The notes beneath the pieces are model-generated. The model was not told the origin of the DNA. It searched no databases and worked only from the letters and a program-made list of their open reading frames with translations. A stretch of 24,000 nucleotides of DNA from Pseudomonadales bacterium (GTDB taxonomy: Bacteria; Pseudomonadota; Gammaproteobacteria; Pseudomonadales; DSM-25080), in assembly GCA_040119265.1 (NCBI GenBank), contig JBEDTZ010000011.1, forward strand, positions 86,587 through 110,586, written 5' to 3'. Shown piece after piece: positions 16,021 through 23,175 of this stretch. The first letter of the stretch is position 1. Each line of letters begins with the position of its first letter. The position numbers and the translations under genes are program-made.

Positions 16021-17238
16021 ATGAAGAGGCACTTAACTATAGACGTTGAGCAAGCGGCTAGGGAACGAATTCGAATTCTATTTGATGAATTCGAGAGTAT
16101 CTACGTATCTTTCTCCGGAGGGAAGGACTCAGGTGTTCTGCTCAACCTAGTCATTGAAGAAGCACGCAAGCGTGACAGGCTCCCCGTGGACGTACTCATT
16201 ATTGATCTTGAAGCGCAGTTTGAACATACCATAGCCTACATTTTAGAGATGGTTAATCGGCCTGATATAAATGCTTTTTGGGTTTGCCTACCTCTAAGCC
16301 TGCGCAATGCAGTATCACAATTTCAGGTGAAATGGTTCTGTTGGGATCCATCAGCAATAGATGGATGGGTACGATCAAAACCCCGCCATCCTTCAGTTAT
16401 CGACAATCCTTCCAGCTTTCCCTTTTTCTACTTTGGAATGGAATTTGAAACCTTTGTTGCTGAATTCGGCAAATGGTATAGCGCGAAACGTGGCGTTCCA
16501 TCTGTGTGTCTAGTCGGTATTCGTGCAGATGAGTCGATAAATCGATACAACGCTATTAAACATCCCTCAAAGAGCAAATTACACCAACACGGCTGGACGA
16601 CCAAAGAATGCGAAAATTTCTATAAAGCCTATCCCATCTATGACTGGCATGTGACCGACATCTGGATTGCTAACGGTCGCTTCAAATGGTCTTACAACCG
16701 CATCTACGACTTAATGCACCAGGCAGGTCTAACACTTTCTCAACAGCGAGTTTGTCAGCCTTTTGGCGACGATCAACGCAAGGGTTTGTGGCTCTATCAA
16801 ATTCTGGAAGCATCAACCTGGCAGAAGCTGGTATCTAGGGTTGCTGGCGCCAACTTCGGTAGTCGATATAGCAAAAACCAAAGCCATATTTTAGGCCACT
16901 ATCGCTTTGATCTACCGGAGGGGCATACCTACCGTTCCTATAGCAAATACCTACTTGAGAGCATGCCGCCACACTTGGCGCAGCACTATCGAAAACGAAT
17001 ATTTAAGTTTCTAAATTGGTGGCGCAAGAACGGTAGAAAGAATGGCTTTACTCGGATTCCTGACTTTGCGGAGAGGAAATTAGAAGCGAAGAAAAAAGCT
17101 CCTAGTTGGCGACGAATCTGTAAGGTTCTCATCAAAAACGACTACTGGTGTAAAGGTTTGTCGTTTAGCCAAACCAAGCGACTCACCACTCATTACCTTG
17201 AGCTATATGAAAGCTACCTTCGGAGGGAAAAGCTATGA
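16021..17238 (+). CDS. ibrA: IbrA-like PP-loop ATP pyrophosphatase (PAPS reductase family N-domain plus a large C-terminal domain of unknown function)
   Basis: The PP-loop motif is SFSGGKDSGVLLNL near the N-terminus. Overall length (~405 aa) and the Trp/Lys/Arg-rich C-terminal half (NWWRKNGRKNGF...PSWRRICKVLIKNDYWCKGLSF) fit the IbrA/DUF3440-type family as I recall it. The ATG at 16021 is preferred over the track's upstream non-ATG start at 15895, which would overlap the porin gene. Confidence 0.75.
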   Translation: MKRHLTIDVEQAARERIRILFDEFESIYVSFSGGKDSGVLLNLVIEEARKRDRLPVDVLIIDLEAQFEHTIAYILEMVNRPDINAFWVCLPLSLRNAVSQFQVKWFCWDPSAIDGWVRSKPRHPSVIDNPSSFPFFYFGMEFETFVAEFGKWYSAKRGVPSVCLVGIRADESINRYNAIKHPSKSKLHQHGWTTKECENFYKAYPIYDWHVTDIWIANGRFKWSYNRIYDLMHQAGLTLSQQRVCQPFGDDQRKGLWLYQILEASTWQKLVSRVAGANFGSRYSKNQSHILGHYRFDLPEGHTYRSYSKYLLESMPPHLAQHYRKRIFKFLNWWRKNGRKNGFTRIPDFAERKLEAKKKAPSWRRICKVLIKNDYWCKGLSFSQTKRLTTHYLELYESYLRREKL

Positions 17239-17861
17239 CACTCAAAAGTGAAATTGTTGATTTATCTGGAAAGCTGTTGCATTCGTCACCAGAATTATCC
17301 TTAAAGGATCGAGTAGAAATTTTCAATCTGCTCTCCGTCTTGGCGGCTAGTATCGTGGAGTTTAAACACCCAGCGCTTAACGTCCAACTAGTTCGCACAA
17401 ACACCTTAGAAGATAACGATTACAACCCAAACGTTGTCTCCCCACCAGAATATCGTCTACTTACCCACTCAATCAGGGAGGACGGGATCACAATGCCGCT
17501 TGTGGTTGCAAAAAGCCAAGGACAAAAGCCCTATGTAGTAGTTGATGGCTACCACCGAGCACAAATTATTAAGTTTGATAAGGAGGTGAATAAATCCCTT
17601 GCCGACCACATACCGGTAGTTATTTTAGCTAAGCCGTTAGACAAGCGAATATCTTCTTCGGTTAGACACAACATGGCTAGAGGTTCACACCAAGTCAAAC
17701 TCACTGCAAAACTGATCCTTCGCCTAAAGGAGCTGAATTGGACGAACGATGAAATAGGCAAAGAACTTGGAATGGACAGCGATGAAGTCCTGAGAATGCA
17801 ACAGATCACTGGGCTTGCTGAAGCCTTTAAAAATGACGATTTTTCCACAGCGTGGGACTAA
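17235..17861 (+). CDS. ibrB: IbrB-like ParB/Srx-fold (ParB N-terminal nuclease-like) protein with C-terminal HTH
   Basis: The ParB-N pattern is YNPNVVSPPEYRLLTHSIREDGITMPLVV...YVVVDGYHRAQII (DGxHR box). The C-terminal HTH-like segment is WTNDEIGKELGMDSDEVLRMQQI. An ATGA overlap with ibrA and a GGAGGGA SD indicate translational coupling. Confidence 0.8.
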   Translation: MTLKSEIVDLSGKLLHSSPELSLKDRVEIFNLLSVLAASIVEFKHPALNVQLVRTNTLEDNDYNPNVVSPPEYRLLTHSIREDGITMPLVVAKSQGQKPYVVVDGYHRAQIIKFDKEVNKSLADHIPVVILAKPLDKRISSSVRHNMARGSHQVKLTAKLILRLKELNWTNDEIGKELGMDSDEVLRMQQITGLAEAFKNDDFSTAWD

Positions 17862-17879
17862 CTTTAGACGGAGAAAATA

Positions 17880-18236
17880 ATGAATATTTCTAGACATTAC
17901 ACTAGTGAAAGAATGAGTAAAATTGTAGTGTACAACAACTTGATTTATCTGTGTGGTCAAGTAGCGAGTGACGCCACGTCTGGGATCGCCGTACAAACAG
18001 AGAGCATGTTAGGCAAGGTAGATGATCTTCTAGAAGAGGCTAACAGTGATAAATACCATATCCTTAGCGCCACGGTTTATCTCAGCGACATGGATAATTT
18101 TAATGTTATGAACGAAGTCTGGGAGTGGTGGCTGCCGTTAGGGCACGCACCTGCCAGAGCTTGCGTTCAAGCACCCATGGCGCGCCCCGAACTGTTAGTA
18201 GAAGTTTCCGTCATTGCGGCGGTTAAAGAAAGCTAG
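17880..18236 (+). CDS. RidA/YjgF/YER057c-family protein (YoaB-like subgroup)
   Basis: 118 aa. [13 protein letters not shown]...[60 protein letters not shown] is colinear with my recollection of E. coli YoaB (..IHNNTLYYTG...ILDATIFLADKNDFAAMNKAWDAWV.AGHAPVRCTVQA......KVEIKIVAAV). A GGAG SD lies 6 nt upstream, and the gene starts 18 nt after ibrB. Confidence 0.85.
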   Translation: MNISRHYTSERMSKIVVYNNLIYLCGQVASDATSGIAVQTESMLGKVDDLLEEANSDKYHILSATVYLSDMDNFNVMNEVWEWWLPLGHAPARACVQAPMARPELLVEVSVIAAVKES

Positions 18237-18312
18237 CTACTAAGTTCAAGTAGGCCCGCACGTTCCAACACAGACGGCCCCTGGTACCTGTGCTGAAGTG
18301 AATTGTGTTTGG

Positions 18313-18340
18313 AAATGCCCTCTTAGCGAGGGCATTTTTA
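18313..18340 (+). terminator. Bidirectional terminator hairpin (right-repeat copy), serving the island operon and the convergent DJ-1-like gene
   Basis: ATGCCCTC-ttagc-GAGGGCAT followed by TTTTTA. The stem-loop is identical to the one at 11080-11100. Confidence 0.75.
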
Positions 18341-18449
18341 TAACTCCTTTTTGTTTTTTTGGGGAGGAGCGGCCCCGACTGTCTTCGCCATCTTGGGGGG
18401 ACTATGAAGACTGTCCTGTCTATGCCGCCGCTGTTGAATGGTGAAGCGC
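18313..18449. repeat. Right copy of the island-flanking direct repeat
   Basis: It aligns to 11078-11196. An extra ~13 bp block (TTTTTTTGGGGAGGAGCGG, 19 bp) replaces AGTCAA (6 bp) of the left copy. The copy ends 2 nt before the stop codon (18452) of the convergent DJ-1-like gene. Confidence 0.85.
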
Positions 18450-18451
18450 GA

Positions 18452-19525
18452 TTATTCTGCTTTGGTCGCTTCGGCCAATAGCATTAACTTCACGCTAGCA
18501 ACCAGATCAAAGTCCATTGCCGCAACAATAGCGTGCATCACAATGAGCAGAGATTTGTATTCATAGTCATGGGCCTCAATGTAATCCTTTGCTGCGGAGT
18601 AACCCTGCGCTCTGAAGACACCCATTAAATCAACGGCGCGCTCTTCGCGAGTAATTGGGCGCTCAACTGGCGTCACACCCAGTTGCTCCACCGTCTTCTC
18701 CGCTAGTGTCCAGACTGACCACGGATTTTGTCCCGTAATGACATTACCGTCAGCGACCACCATGTTGAGGTAGTCGGAGGTGGACGCAAAGGTTGCACCC
18801 TGCTCCTTCAGACCATCTTCCAATAGAAAACCAAACACCTGCTCGGCTTCAGGAATCAGCAGTAGCTCTTCGCTATTGGTGAAGGAGGTGACTGACTTAC
18901 CCGCCAAGAGATTAGTCCCGTCCGGCAGTGACACATTCAATAGCGCCGCAGGGCCATGACATACCGCCGCAATCACTCCGCCCTGGCTGTACATGTCGGC
19001 GGCGAAAGATTTGATGGCTGAGTTGTCGACAAAGTCGAACATCGTCCCTTTGCCACCCACGAAGTACACGGCGTCATAATCGGCAGGGTTCAGGTCATCG
19101 ATGACCAAGGTATTCTGTAGCTGAGCTTGAATCTCAGGGTGATTAAGGAAGGCGTAGCTATAGTGCTCCATATCATCTTTGTCCAAGATCATAGGTGCAT
19201 CGCCGCCCTGCGTACTGGCGATATCTACCTCAAAGCCGTTGACGCTGAATACCCAGTAAGCTCTTGCCAGTTCCGTGAGCTCATAGCCGGTGCGCTTACC
19301 GCTGGTGCCCATTTCATCCACACTGGTTACTACCGCCAAGATACGGCCATTGGTTGCGCCGGTAGCGGCAGCTAGGTAGGGAATATCCTGCGCTTGGCTA
19401 TCCTCAAAGTTTTCCAAACCGGTGTCTGGGACGAAGCTTAAAAGCCAGAGAATAGGTGCCGCAATGAGGACGGCTAATACACCCAACGTTATAGCACTGC
19501 GAATAGCGATTTTTTTAATGTTCAT
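18452..19525 (-). CDS. DJ-1/PfpI/Hsp31-like (class I glutamine amidotransferase-like fold) protein, membrane-anchored, with a C-terminal helical extension
   Basis: The nucleophile-elbow block VIAAVCHGPAALLN matches the HchA/DJ-1 CHGPAA pattern. The N-terminal TM anchor is IAIRSAITLGVLAVLIAAPILWLL. The ATG at 19525 follows a GGAGAT SD; the track start at 19540 is TTG. Confidence 0.8.
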   Translation of the reverse strand: MNIKKIAIRSAITLGVLAVLIAAPILWLLSFVPDTGLENFEDSQAQDIPYLAAATGATNGRILAVVTSVDEMGTSGKRTGYELTELARAYWVFSVNGFEVDIASTQGGDAPMILDKDDMEHYSYAFLNHPEIQAQLQNTLVIDDLNPADYDAVYFVGGKGTMFDFVDNSAIKSFAADMYSQGGVIAAVCHGPAALLNVSLPDGTNLLAGKSVTSFTNSEELLLIPEAEQVFGFLLEDGLKEQGATFASTSDYLNMVVADGNVITGQNPWSVWTLAEKTVEQLGVTPVERPITREERAVDLMGVFRAQGYSAAKDYIEAHDYEYKSLLIVMHAIVAAMDFDLVASVKLMLLAEATKAE

Positions 19526-19569
19526 AATTATGATCTCCAATTTGTGTACCGCTAACTTAACGAAGGGGC

Positions 19570-19588
19570 GGTAAAATCGAAGTCAATT
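19570..19588 (-). promoter_or_regulatory. Shared 18-bp box (copy 1) upstream of the DJ-1-like gene; candidate response-regulator site or promoter element
   Basis: The plus strand reads GGTAAAATCGAAGTCAATT and the minus strand AATTGACTTCGATTTTACC. It lies 45-63 nt upstream of the ATG at 19525 and overlaps the HK stop codon. It is near-identical to 21565-21582. Confidence 0.4.
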
Positions 19589-20839
19589 AATGTGAAAAAC
19601 TATTTCGAACTGGGAATCGTTGAGTTTTAGCTCCGTTTTCAGGGCTAATTTCTCTGCAATTCGGCGCACCAAATACAAGCCCTGGCCCACGCCAGAACTG
19701 GTGTCGTTGCGAACGCCTGGCGCCATGACATTGGTCTGCTTAAGCGGCGTAGTTTGATTGCGGAAGGAAAGCTTGTTGGCCGCCACCTCAATAAAAAGGT
19801 GAGGCGAATTGGCATGGCGAATGGCGTTTTGAATAAGATTGAGAAACAGTAATTGACTCAGCACCCTATTGCCATTGATCACCAACGAGTGATCACCGCT
19901 GAGATCAATGGAGAACTCACCCGAGAGCACCTGCGGTTGCTCAATCGCCAACTGCTCAATACAGCCCATGACATTGATGCTTTCCTGAGCCAGCGATTCC
20001 TCTCTAGCCAGCGCTAGGAGCACCTCAACGGTATTGGCAAGTTCGGCATTTATTCGTTCAAGCTGGTCAACCTCCGCGGCGGTTAACGCTCTTCCATTGG
20101 CCATCACAAGCAGATTATTAAAGGCCGTAAGGGGCGTTTTCAGCTCGTGCCCTACATCGGTAGTGAAATCGCGTTCGCGCTGAAGCATTCGTTCAATTTT
20201 ACTAAAGCTAGCCTCGAAGGTAGCCGCCAGCGCGTTGAGTTCGAAGGGGAGCTGAGGCATGGGGCTTGCGGCGTTCGCCCGCTGGCTCACCGCGGCTGAC
20301 AAATCCAATACCGGCTTAGTGACCCGATTGGCAATTTTAAGCGCCACGAATACCGCCACCAGCGTGAGGAGAACGAATACAAACACAAACACCACGAACG
20401 CCCCGGGTGAATTGGAAACTACCAGCATGCGCGAGACTTCCACTACCAGTACCCGTAGCTCGCCATCAGATGTTTGCAGTACGCCATTGCGAATTCCCTG
20501 CGGTGAATCCCGCAGGCTTAAATGCTGAAAGTGGTAGTGATCATTGGTGTCCGTAAACAGCTCGCCATAGCGACTGCTTAAAACTCTTTCTCGCCACTGC
20601 GGTGGCAGGTCACCCGCCTTGGTAAAGAGCTGCTGCTGAGCGCTGAGCTGGGGTTGCTCGCCGCGCTGCAACGAGGTTTCAATACTCTGGGCCTGCTCGT
20701 TGACCAAACGACTAATAATGGCATCTTCAACAATGTAGGCGGTGATGACACCTACCGCCAAGAACAGCAGCGAGGATACTAAGGTAAAGGAAACCAACCA
20801 GCCGGTGGTATAGGCGCGTAGGCCTTTAGCTTTAAACAT
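19583..20839 (-). CDS. Sensor histidine kinase (two TM segments, periplasmic loop, HisKA and HATPase_c domains)
   Basis: H-box is DVGHELKTPLT, N-box LNLIQNAIRHA and G-box GVGQGLYLVRRIA. Two hydrophobic segments flank a ~110-aa loop. It overlaps the upstream response-regulator gene by 8 nt. Confidence 0.85.
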   Translation of the reverse strand: MFKAKGLRAYTTGWLVSFTLVSSLLFLAVGVITAYIVEDAIISRLVNEQAQSIETSLQRGEQPQLSAQQQLFTKAGDLPPQWRERVLSSRYGELFTDTNDHYHFQHLSLRDSPQGIRNGVLQTSDGELRVLVVEVSRMLVVSNSPGAFVVFVFVFVLLTLVAVFVALKIANRVTKPVLDLSAAVSQRANAASPMPQLPFELNALAATFEASFSKIERMLQRERDFTTDVGHELKTPLTAFNNLLVMANGRALTAAEVDQLERINAELANTVEVLLALAREESLAQESINVMGCIEQLAIEQPQVLSGEFSIDLSGDHSLVINGNRVLSQLLFLNLIQNAIRHANSPHLFIEVAANKLSFRNQTTPLKQTNVMAPGVRNDTSSGVGQGLYLVRRIAEKLALKTELKLNDSQFEIVFHIN

Positions 20840-21509
20840 TGGCGACCTCTAATCGGTAGCCCAAGCTTTGAACCGTAGCTAACATGGGCGTTGCAAAGGG
20901 TTTATCTAATACCTGGCGCAGAGCATAGATGTGGGCTTTAAGGGGGTCACTGTTAGGCACTTCATTTGGCCAGATCTCCGCGACCAACTGGGATTTTGAA
21001 ACCGGTTTGGGATAGGCTCTGGCCAACTGGAGAAGGATACTAAAGCCAATCTTGGTGAACTTTAGCGGTTGATCCTGACGCGTCACCTCATGGCTGACAG
21101 CATCAATACACAATTCACCCAAACTAATCTGCTTGGACTGATAGAGTTGTTTACGTCGGAGCAGCGCTTGGCAGCGCAGCGGGAGCTCTCGCAGGTCATA
21201 GGGTTTCACCAGATAATCATCGGCGCCGTGGTTAAAGCCCTGAGCTTTATCCTCAAAACTATTGCGCGCTGTCACCATGATAATGGCGGGCTCAATCCTG
21301 GCATTGGCTTTGATTTGCGCACAGAGATCTACGCCGTCACCATCGGGGAGGTTGAGATCCAAAAGGATGACATCGAAGCTATCGGCCACTGCTAACTCGT
21401 AGCCCTGACTAGCATTACGGGCGAAATCGACATCCCAGCCCAATCCCGTTAGGAACTCGATAACCTGGGTAGCAATTTCAATATTGTCTTCAACCAATAG
21501 GACTTTCAT
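20832..21509 (-). CDS. OmpR/PhoB-family response regulator
   Basis: The receiver domain is MKVLLVEDN...DVILLDLNLPDGDG...VTA...KP. The C-terminal winged helix is LTKIGFSILLQLA...VQSLGYRLE. The ATG at 21509 is preferred; the track start at 21515 is GTG. Confidence 0.9.
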   Translation of the reverse strand: MKVLLVEDNIEIATQVIEFLTGLGWDVDFARNASQGYELAVADSFDVILLDLNLPDGDGVDLCAQIKANARIEPAIIMVTARNSFEDKAQGFNHGADDYLVKPYDLRELPLRCQALLRRKQLYQSKQISLGELCIDAVSHEVTRQDQPLKFTKIGFSILLQLARAYPKPVSKSQLVAEIWPNEVPNSDPLKAHIYALRQVLDKPFATPMLATVQSLGYRLEVANV

Positions 21510-21564
21510 AGCCACTCTTCACACACAACTTCATCAGGGTAGATTAAGTTGTACCATGCGGGGA

Positions 21565-21582
21565 GTAAAATCCAAGTCAATT
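21565..21582 (-). promoter_or_regulatory. Shared 18-bp box (copy 2) upstream of the response-regulator/kinase operon
   Basis: The plus strand reads GTAAAATCCAAGTCAATT and matches copy 1 at 17 of 18 positions. Both copies are preceded by a GGGG run. On the minus strand, TTGAC and TTTAC half-sites are 11 bp apart. The box lies 56-73 nt upstream of the ATG at 21509. Confidence 0.4.
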
Positions 21583-21809
21583 CTTACACCTTCTTGGCAA
21601 GTTCGTGGCTATCGTGGGATAGAGACTCGGGATTGAAGTTGATTAATATTCATAGTGGTAGCGAAGCTGCGCAATCATGAGACTGTCGTCTTGGACTTTA
21701 TAGATCAACTGACATTCGTCATTTTACTAGCAAATACTCATGAATTTTTAAGGCAGAAAATGCTGATCTGATATAAGCTGCACCCAGCAATAGATTCAGG
21801 AGTTTGTTC

Positions 21810-22301
21810 ATGCACGTAATATTTTCACACGGTAAAGAAAGCGGCCCATGGGGCACAAAGATTAAAGCGTTGGCGGAGATCGCTAAAGCAGCTGGACACA
21901 GCGTTGAGTCCATTGACTACACGCACACTCAAGATCCAGACGAACGTGCAGCGGTCCTTGGCAAATACTTACCTACGGTAGACGATAATGTGCTGTTAGT
22001 AGGCTCTAGCATGGGCGGCTATGTGTCCATCCGTAATGCGAACCCGCCTAAGGTAAAGGGGCTATTCCTCCTAGCACCGGCTTTATACATCCCTGGTTAC
22101 GAGCGTCAGGAATACTTCTACCCGCTCAACATTGATATTGTTCATGGCTGGTCCGATGAGGTGATTCCCTATCAGAACTCCATGAAGTACGCGGCGGGTT
22201 ACAACGTAAACCTCCACTTGATTGAAGGCGATCACCGTTTAAACAGCTCGCTAGACACCGTGTCTAGGTTGTTTGAATCCTTCCTAGCGCAGTGGGCCTA
22301 A
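21810..22301 (+). CDS. Small alpha/beta hydrolase (YqiA-like esterase architecture)
   Basis: About 163 aa. The N-terminal strand is HVIFSHGKESGPWG, the nucleophile elbow VGSSMGG, the acid region GWSDEVIP and the catalytic His EGDHRL. The ATG at 21810 follows an AGGAG SD 7 nt upstream. Confidence 0.7.
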   Translation: MHVIFSHGKESGPWGTKIKALAEIAKAAGHSVESIDYTHTQDPDERAAVLGKYLPTVDDNVLLVGSSMGGYVSIRNANPPKVKGLFLLAPALYIPGYERQEYFYPLNIDIVHGWSDEVIPYQNSMKYAAGYNVNLHLIEGDHRLNSSLDTVSRLFESFLAQWA

Positions 22302-22349
22302 TCGCTTGAAGGTTGTGGGTTTTAGTTCTAGAAAATACTTTTAACCCAC

Positions 22350-22748
22350 CTAACTGGCCGCTACAGATTTCAAACCCAAATATTTAACAAACGGTTCGAA
22401 ATCTCGGTCAGTAAAGAGTAATGGAATACCCTCGTTTATACAGTAGGACGCGATGACGATGTCATTCGTCTTGCGTACCGTAATACCTTTAGTCCGAAGA
22501 AAACGGAAATGCTCGGAAGCTCTAAGAGCCTGAAGCGTACCCAGCATTTCATGTTGCTCGAGAACCAATAGGTTAGCTTTCGCCAATTTATAGTCGTAGC
22601 TCTTTCGAAAACCTTGGAGTATCTCCAATAGTATTAAGTCTCCCATCAAAACCACATCGTCGTTCAGAGCCTCATCGAGCATCTCAGTTTCTAGAGAGTG
22701 AATACCATTGAGATAGTCAATCCACACACTGGAATCTGCCAGTATCAT
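22350..22748 (-). CDS. vapC: VapC-family PIN-domain toxin (type II TA)
   Basis: 132 aa. The N-terminal MILADSSVWIDYL carries the first PIN acidic residue, followed by the later conserved E (LLEILQG) and D (TDRDFEPF). An ATGA overlap links it to the upstream antitoxin gene. Confidence 0.85.
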   Translation of the reverse strand: MILADSSVWIDYLNGIHSLETEMLDEALNDDVVLMGDLILLEILQGFRKSYDYKLAKANLLVLEQHEMLGTLQALRASEHFRFLRTKGITVRKTNDIVIASYCINEGIPLLFTDRDFEPFVKYLGLKSVAAS

Positions 22749-22939
22749 GAGGCCCCGCGCATTTCATCGAGGTTACCCTCCCAGGTTAACTTTCCTCGAA
22801 GCTTACGAATGCTCTGTTGCTTTCGCTGCTGAACAATTAGTTTCAGCGCTTCTTCGACAACTTCTCGCTTAGTGCGCAGACCAGTGGCCTGCAGAGCGCT
22901 CAGCATTAAATCATCGTCAATCACTATGTTGGTACGCAT
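22745..22939 (-). CDS. vapB: VapB-family antitoxin (small DNA-binding protein)
   Basis: 64 aa. MRTNIVIDDDLMLSALQATGLRTKREVVEEALKLIV is the common VapB (DUF2191-type) N-terminus. It is translationally coupled to vapC. Confidence 0.8.
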   Translation of the reverse strand: MRTNIVIDDDLMLSALQATGLRTKREVVEEALKLIVQQRKQQSIRKLRGKLTWEGNLDEMRGAS

Positions 22940-22953
22940 ACAACCACCTCATC

Positions 22954-22982
22954 GATACACATAAAATAAATAATCATACACA
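22954..22982. promoter_or_regulatory. Possible vapBC operator: direct repeat ATACACAT x2, 21 bp apart
   Basis: ATACACAT occurs at 22954-22961 and 22975-22982, 15-43 nt upstream of the vapB ATG in AT-rich DNA. A spacing of two helical turns is typical of TA autoregulatory operators. Confidence 0.3.
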
Positions 22983-23175
22983 TTATAGGTATTAATTTAA
23001 TTCTCAGCAACTCCCTATTTGAGGGATAATCTCTTCCTAATTGAATGCCCGACAATATCCCGTTGCTGCCGTGTTAAGTCGCGTCTCGCCAGTCTCTTCT
23101 CCGTGGGCTAAAATGCCTTCACAGGCTGGGCCCAGATGGCACCGGCAACCAAAGCACCTACTGACAGTGAGGACC

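Larger units (their letters stand above)
11078..18449 (+). mobile_element. Putative non-autonomous genomic island (tna genes plus ibrAB-like genes) bounded by ~120-bp direct repeats
   Basis: Direct repeats lie at 11078-11196 and 18313-18449. The interior is AT-richer by eye than the flanks. All 7 interior genes are co-oriented, and the flanking genes are convergent core-type genes. No integrase, transposase or tRNA is present. Confidence 0.5.

Noticed and set aside
11197-18312. A search of the island interior for an integrase, transposase, tRNA or inverted terminal repeats
   Set aside because: None was found in any frame of the ORF track or by eye, so the island cannot be called an ICE, prophage, transposon or integron. 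It is reported only as a repeat-flanked, non-autonomous island.
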